From positions 435,061 to 499,060 of the forward strand of contig CAZKGL010000001.1 of assembly GCA_964552565.1 (NCBI GenBank): a stretch of DNA of 64,000 nt, written 5' to 3'. The position numbers and the translations under genes were made by a program. This DNA comes from an uncultured Gammaproteobacteria bacterium (GTDB lineage Bacteria; Patescibacteriota; Patescibacteriia; UBA9934). Position 1 is the first letter of the stretch; each line of letters starts with the position of its first letter. Positions 62,483 to 64,000 of the stretch are shown here, piece by piece. The notes beneath the pieces are model-generated. The model was not told the DNA's origin. It made no database searches and was given only the letters and a program-made list of their open reading frames with translations.

Positions 62483-63781
62483 ATGATGAACCACCTGTTT
62501 CCCGCTGACCCGGCAGTCGCAAAGGCCCTCGAGGGCGAGCTCAACCGCGAACGCGACGGGCTTGAGATGATCCCCTCGGAAAATTTCGTGTCGCCGGCAG
62601 TGCTTGAGGCGCTCGGATCGATCGGCACGAACAAGTATTCGGAGGGGTACCCGGGAGGCCGGTACTACGGTGGCTGCGAATTCGTCGACGCAATCGAGAA
62701 CCTTGCTCGGGACCGCGCAAAGGCGCTGTTCAACGTGACGCACGCCAACGTCCAGCCGGCGTCGGGATGCGCGGCGAACATTGCGGTCATGTTTGCGTTG
62801 CTCGACCCGGGAGACACGCTCATGGGCATGTCGCTTGCGTTTGGGGGCCACATGACGCACGGCCGCCCCGGGAACTTCTCCGGCAAGTACTACACGTCGG
62901 TGCAGTACACGTCGGACGCAAACGGGTTCATGGATTTTGATCAGATGGCCGCCATGGCGAAGGAGCACCGACCGAAACTCATCATTGTCGGCGCGACGGC
63001 GTATCCGCGCATCATCGACTGGAAAAAGGCGCGCGAGATCGCGGACAGCGTCGGCGCGTTCTTGCTGGCCGACGTCTCGCATATCTCCGGCCTCATCATT
63101 TCCGGCGACCATCCGTCTCCTGCGGGAATCGCGGACGTCATCACGACGACGACGCACAAGACACTGCGCGGCCCGCGCGGTGCGATGATCTTGTGTAACG
63201 GCAATCCGTCGACGCCGCTCAAGGCCGCGGAGCGCACGCGCGAAAACCTGCCGACGCTTATCGACCGCGCCATCATCCCCGGCCTGCAGGGCGGGCCGCA
63301 CAACCACCAGACGGCGGCAATCGCGGTTGCCCTCAATGAGGCCGCCCGTCCGGACTTCACCGAGTACGGCCATCAGGTCATGAAAAACGCGAAGGCGCTT
63401 GCCGCAGCACTCACCGCGCGCGGCTATGCCCTCGTCACCGGAGGTACGGACAACCATCTCATGGTCGTCGACCTCACGAACAACGGCGTCTCGGGCAAAG
63501 AGGCGCAGGTTGCGCTGGACGCGGCAGGCATCACCGTCAACAAGAACACCGTGCCGTTCGATCCCCGCAAACCGTTCGACCCGTCGGGCATTCGCCTTGG
63601 CACTCCGGCGCTGACGACCCGCGGGATGCGCGAAGCGGATATGGAGCGCATCGCCGGCTGGATCGACGCCGCGATCCTTGCGCGCACCAACGCCGACCGT
63701 CTCTCGACAATCCGCAAAGAGATTCACGACTTCACTGCGCAGTTTCCGCTCTACGCCGGCCTCAGCTATACCGGCGAATAA
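62483..63781 (+). CDS. glyA: Serine hydroxymethyltransferase
   Basis: SHMT PLP site (TTTTHKTLRGPRGA) and global conservation; 432 aa. Confidence 0.9.
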   Translation: MMNHLFPADPAVAKALEGELNRERDGLEMIPSENFVSPAVLEALGSIGTNKYSEGYPGGRYYGGCEFVDAIENLARDRAKALFNVTHANVQPASGCAANIAVMFALLDPGDTLMGMSLAFGGHMTHGRPGNFSGKYYTSVQYTSDANGFMDFDQMAAMAKEHRPKLIIVGATAYPRIIDWKKAREIADSVGAFLLADVSHISGLIISGDHPSPAGIADVITTTTHKTLRGPRGAMILCNGNPSTPLKAAERTRENLPTLIDRAIIPGLQGGPHNHQTAAIAVALNEAARPDFTEYGHQVMKNAKALAAALTARGYALVTGGTDNHLMVVDLTNNGVSGKEAQVALDAAGITVNKNTVPFDPRKPFDPSGIRLGTPALTTRGMREADMERIAGWIDAAILARTNADRLSTIRKEIHDFTAQFPLYAGLSYTGE

Positions 63782-63782
63782 T

Positions 63783-64000
63783 ATGACCGAGATCCTGAAC
63801 GGCAACGTGCTCGCAAAAAACATCCGCGAGAAGGCGGCGCAGCGCATCGCGAACCTCCCGCACCCGCCGGGACTCGCGGTCATTTTGGTCGGCGACAACC
63901 CCGCGTCGCACCTGTACGTCGGCCTCAAGGAGCAGGCGGCGCGCGAGGTCGGCATTTACATTGAAAAGTTCTTGTTCGCGAGCGATGCGCCGGAAAAGGA
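63783..64000 (+). CDS. folD: Bifunctional methylenetetrahydrofolate dehydrogenase/cyclohydrolase, N-terminal fragment (continues past the window end)
   Basis: MTEILNGNVLAKNIREKAAQRIANL...VILVGDNPASHLYVGLKEQAAREVGI matches the FolD N-terminus; follows glyA. Confidence 0.8.
   Translation, partial: MTEILNGNVLAKNIREKAAQRIANLPHPPGLAVILVGDNPASHLYVGLKEQAAREVGIYIEKFLFASDAPEK

Overview
High-GC (~65%) bacterial chromosomal window, densely coded and made up mostly of housekeeping operons. Confident calls: typA (3' end), dnaG-rpoD, an M17 leucyl aminopeptidase, a tRNA cluster (Pro-GGG, Ser-GGA, Pro-CGG), a DEAD-box helicase, lgt, ligA-gatC-gatA, arfB, a minimal type IV pilus cluster (pilM, receiver, pilin, prepilin peptidase), recJ-rnhA, lepA, mnmA, a RluA-family pseudouridine synthase, uppP, secDF, an HD/Nudix/serine-hydrolase cluster, secA, murC, hpf, murB, glyA and folD (5' end). 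Gene content and style (Lys-rich RpoD N-terminus, type IV pilin genes, a soluble FtsK/HerA/TraG-like ATPase with a membrane partner, giant BNR-repeat surface proteins, many small secreted proteins) look like a reduced-genome Patescibacteria/CPR-like organism, but that placement is inference only. No CRISPR array, rRNA or recognisable transposase was found. Most interesting signals: (1) two families of short GC-rich double-hairpin repeats found both intergenically and inserted in-frame into mnmA, the T4CP-like ATPase gene and recJ, adding peptide segments, reminiscent of Rickettsia palindromic elements; (2) a tandem pair of 812-aa BNR/Asp-box surface proteins that share a strongly conserved C-terminal domain behind diverged ectodomains; (3) a SecD whose periplasmic head carries two parvulin-type PPIase domains; (4) a perfect 154-bp direct repeat bracketing a three-gene cassette of small secreted or membrane proteins; (5) a lower-GC islet encoding a PaaX-like regulator bracketed by two 34-bp palindromes; (6) a recurrent TGNTATACT extended -10 promoter motif, with at least two apparently leaderless genes. 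Many long ORFs in the six-frame track are antisense artefacts of the high GC content and were rejected.
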